Below, one piece after another: positions 63,977-64,000 of a DNA stretch of 64,000 nt. The notes beneath the pieces are model-generated. The model was not told the DNA's origin and searched no databases. It worked only from the letters and a program-made list of their open reading frames with translations. How positions within the stretch are numbered: the first letter of the stretch is position 1; every line of letters starts with the position of its first letter. Source of the stretch: Patescibacteria group bacterium (GTDB lineage: Bacteria > Patescibacteriota > Patescibacteriia > Patescibacteriales > UBA12465); contig JBMOHF010000004.1 of assembly GCA_049317985.1 (NCBI GenBank), forward strand, positions 254-64,253, written 5' to 3'. A program made the position numbers and the translations under genes.

Positions 63977-64000
63977 TTTGGCGTAGGCAGCATTATTTCC

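Noticed and set aside
58160-64000. Classical integron (attC sites plus intI) as the explanation for the cassette array.
   Set aside because: Only R2 shows a CTAAC...GTTAG pair resembling R''/R' boxes. The other copies have GGTGAGG or GGGAGGG instead of GTTRRRY. The cassettes carry their own promoters, and no integrase is visible in the window. I keep only the architectural analogy.
1-64000. tRNA, rRNA, tmRNA, RNase P, CRISPR arrays, transposases/IS elements and prophage integrases.
   Set aside because: I found no T-arm-like GGTTCGA motifs or rRNA-like segments in the longer intergenic regions (10.7, 16.4, 28.2, 33.5, 43.1, 54.4 kb). No repeat-spacer arrays and no recombinase-like ORFs were seen. 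A tRNAscan or Infernal run would be needed to be certain.

Overview
AT-rich bacterial window that looks like a reduced, CPR/Patescibacteria-type genome. This is inferred from three things: L30 is missing between rpsE and rplO, the ribosomal cluster stops right after secY, and housekeeping genes have almost no Shine-Dalgarno sequences.

Layout:
- 0-10.7 kb: prfB (5' partial), comEC, two tandem paralogs, rpmB, an M50 protease, and a redox cluster (FNR-like reductase, ApbE, ferric-reductase-type bis-heme membrane protein).
- 10.9-27.2 kb: str/S10/spc ribosomal block, rpsL-rpsG-fusA-(extra ORF)-tuf-rpsJ...rplO-secY.
- 27.2-51.4 kb: mostly housekeeping (map, ruvX, recO, pgeF, aspS, scpAB, a D-Ala-D-Ala carboxypeptidase, dnaG-rpoD, two P-type ATPases) with a few promoter-bearing orphan genes.
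- 51.4-64 kb: accessory region of single-gene units.

Main finding: from about 58.2 kb to the window edge there are at least 9 co-oriented minus-strand cassettes. Each has its own near-consensus TTGACA-N17/18-TAnnnT promoter and usually an intrinsic terminator. The cassettes are joined by a conserved ~55-60 nt junction repeat, with 6 good and 2 degenerate copies, found nowhere else in the window. One unit has a promoter and terminator but no ORF, so it is a candidate structured sRNA.

I recognised no rRNA, tRNA, CRISPR array, transposase or integrase. All calls come from reading the translations and sequence by eye; no database search was run.
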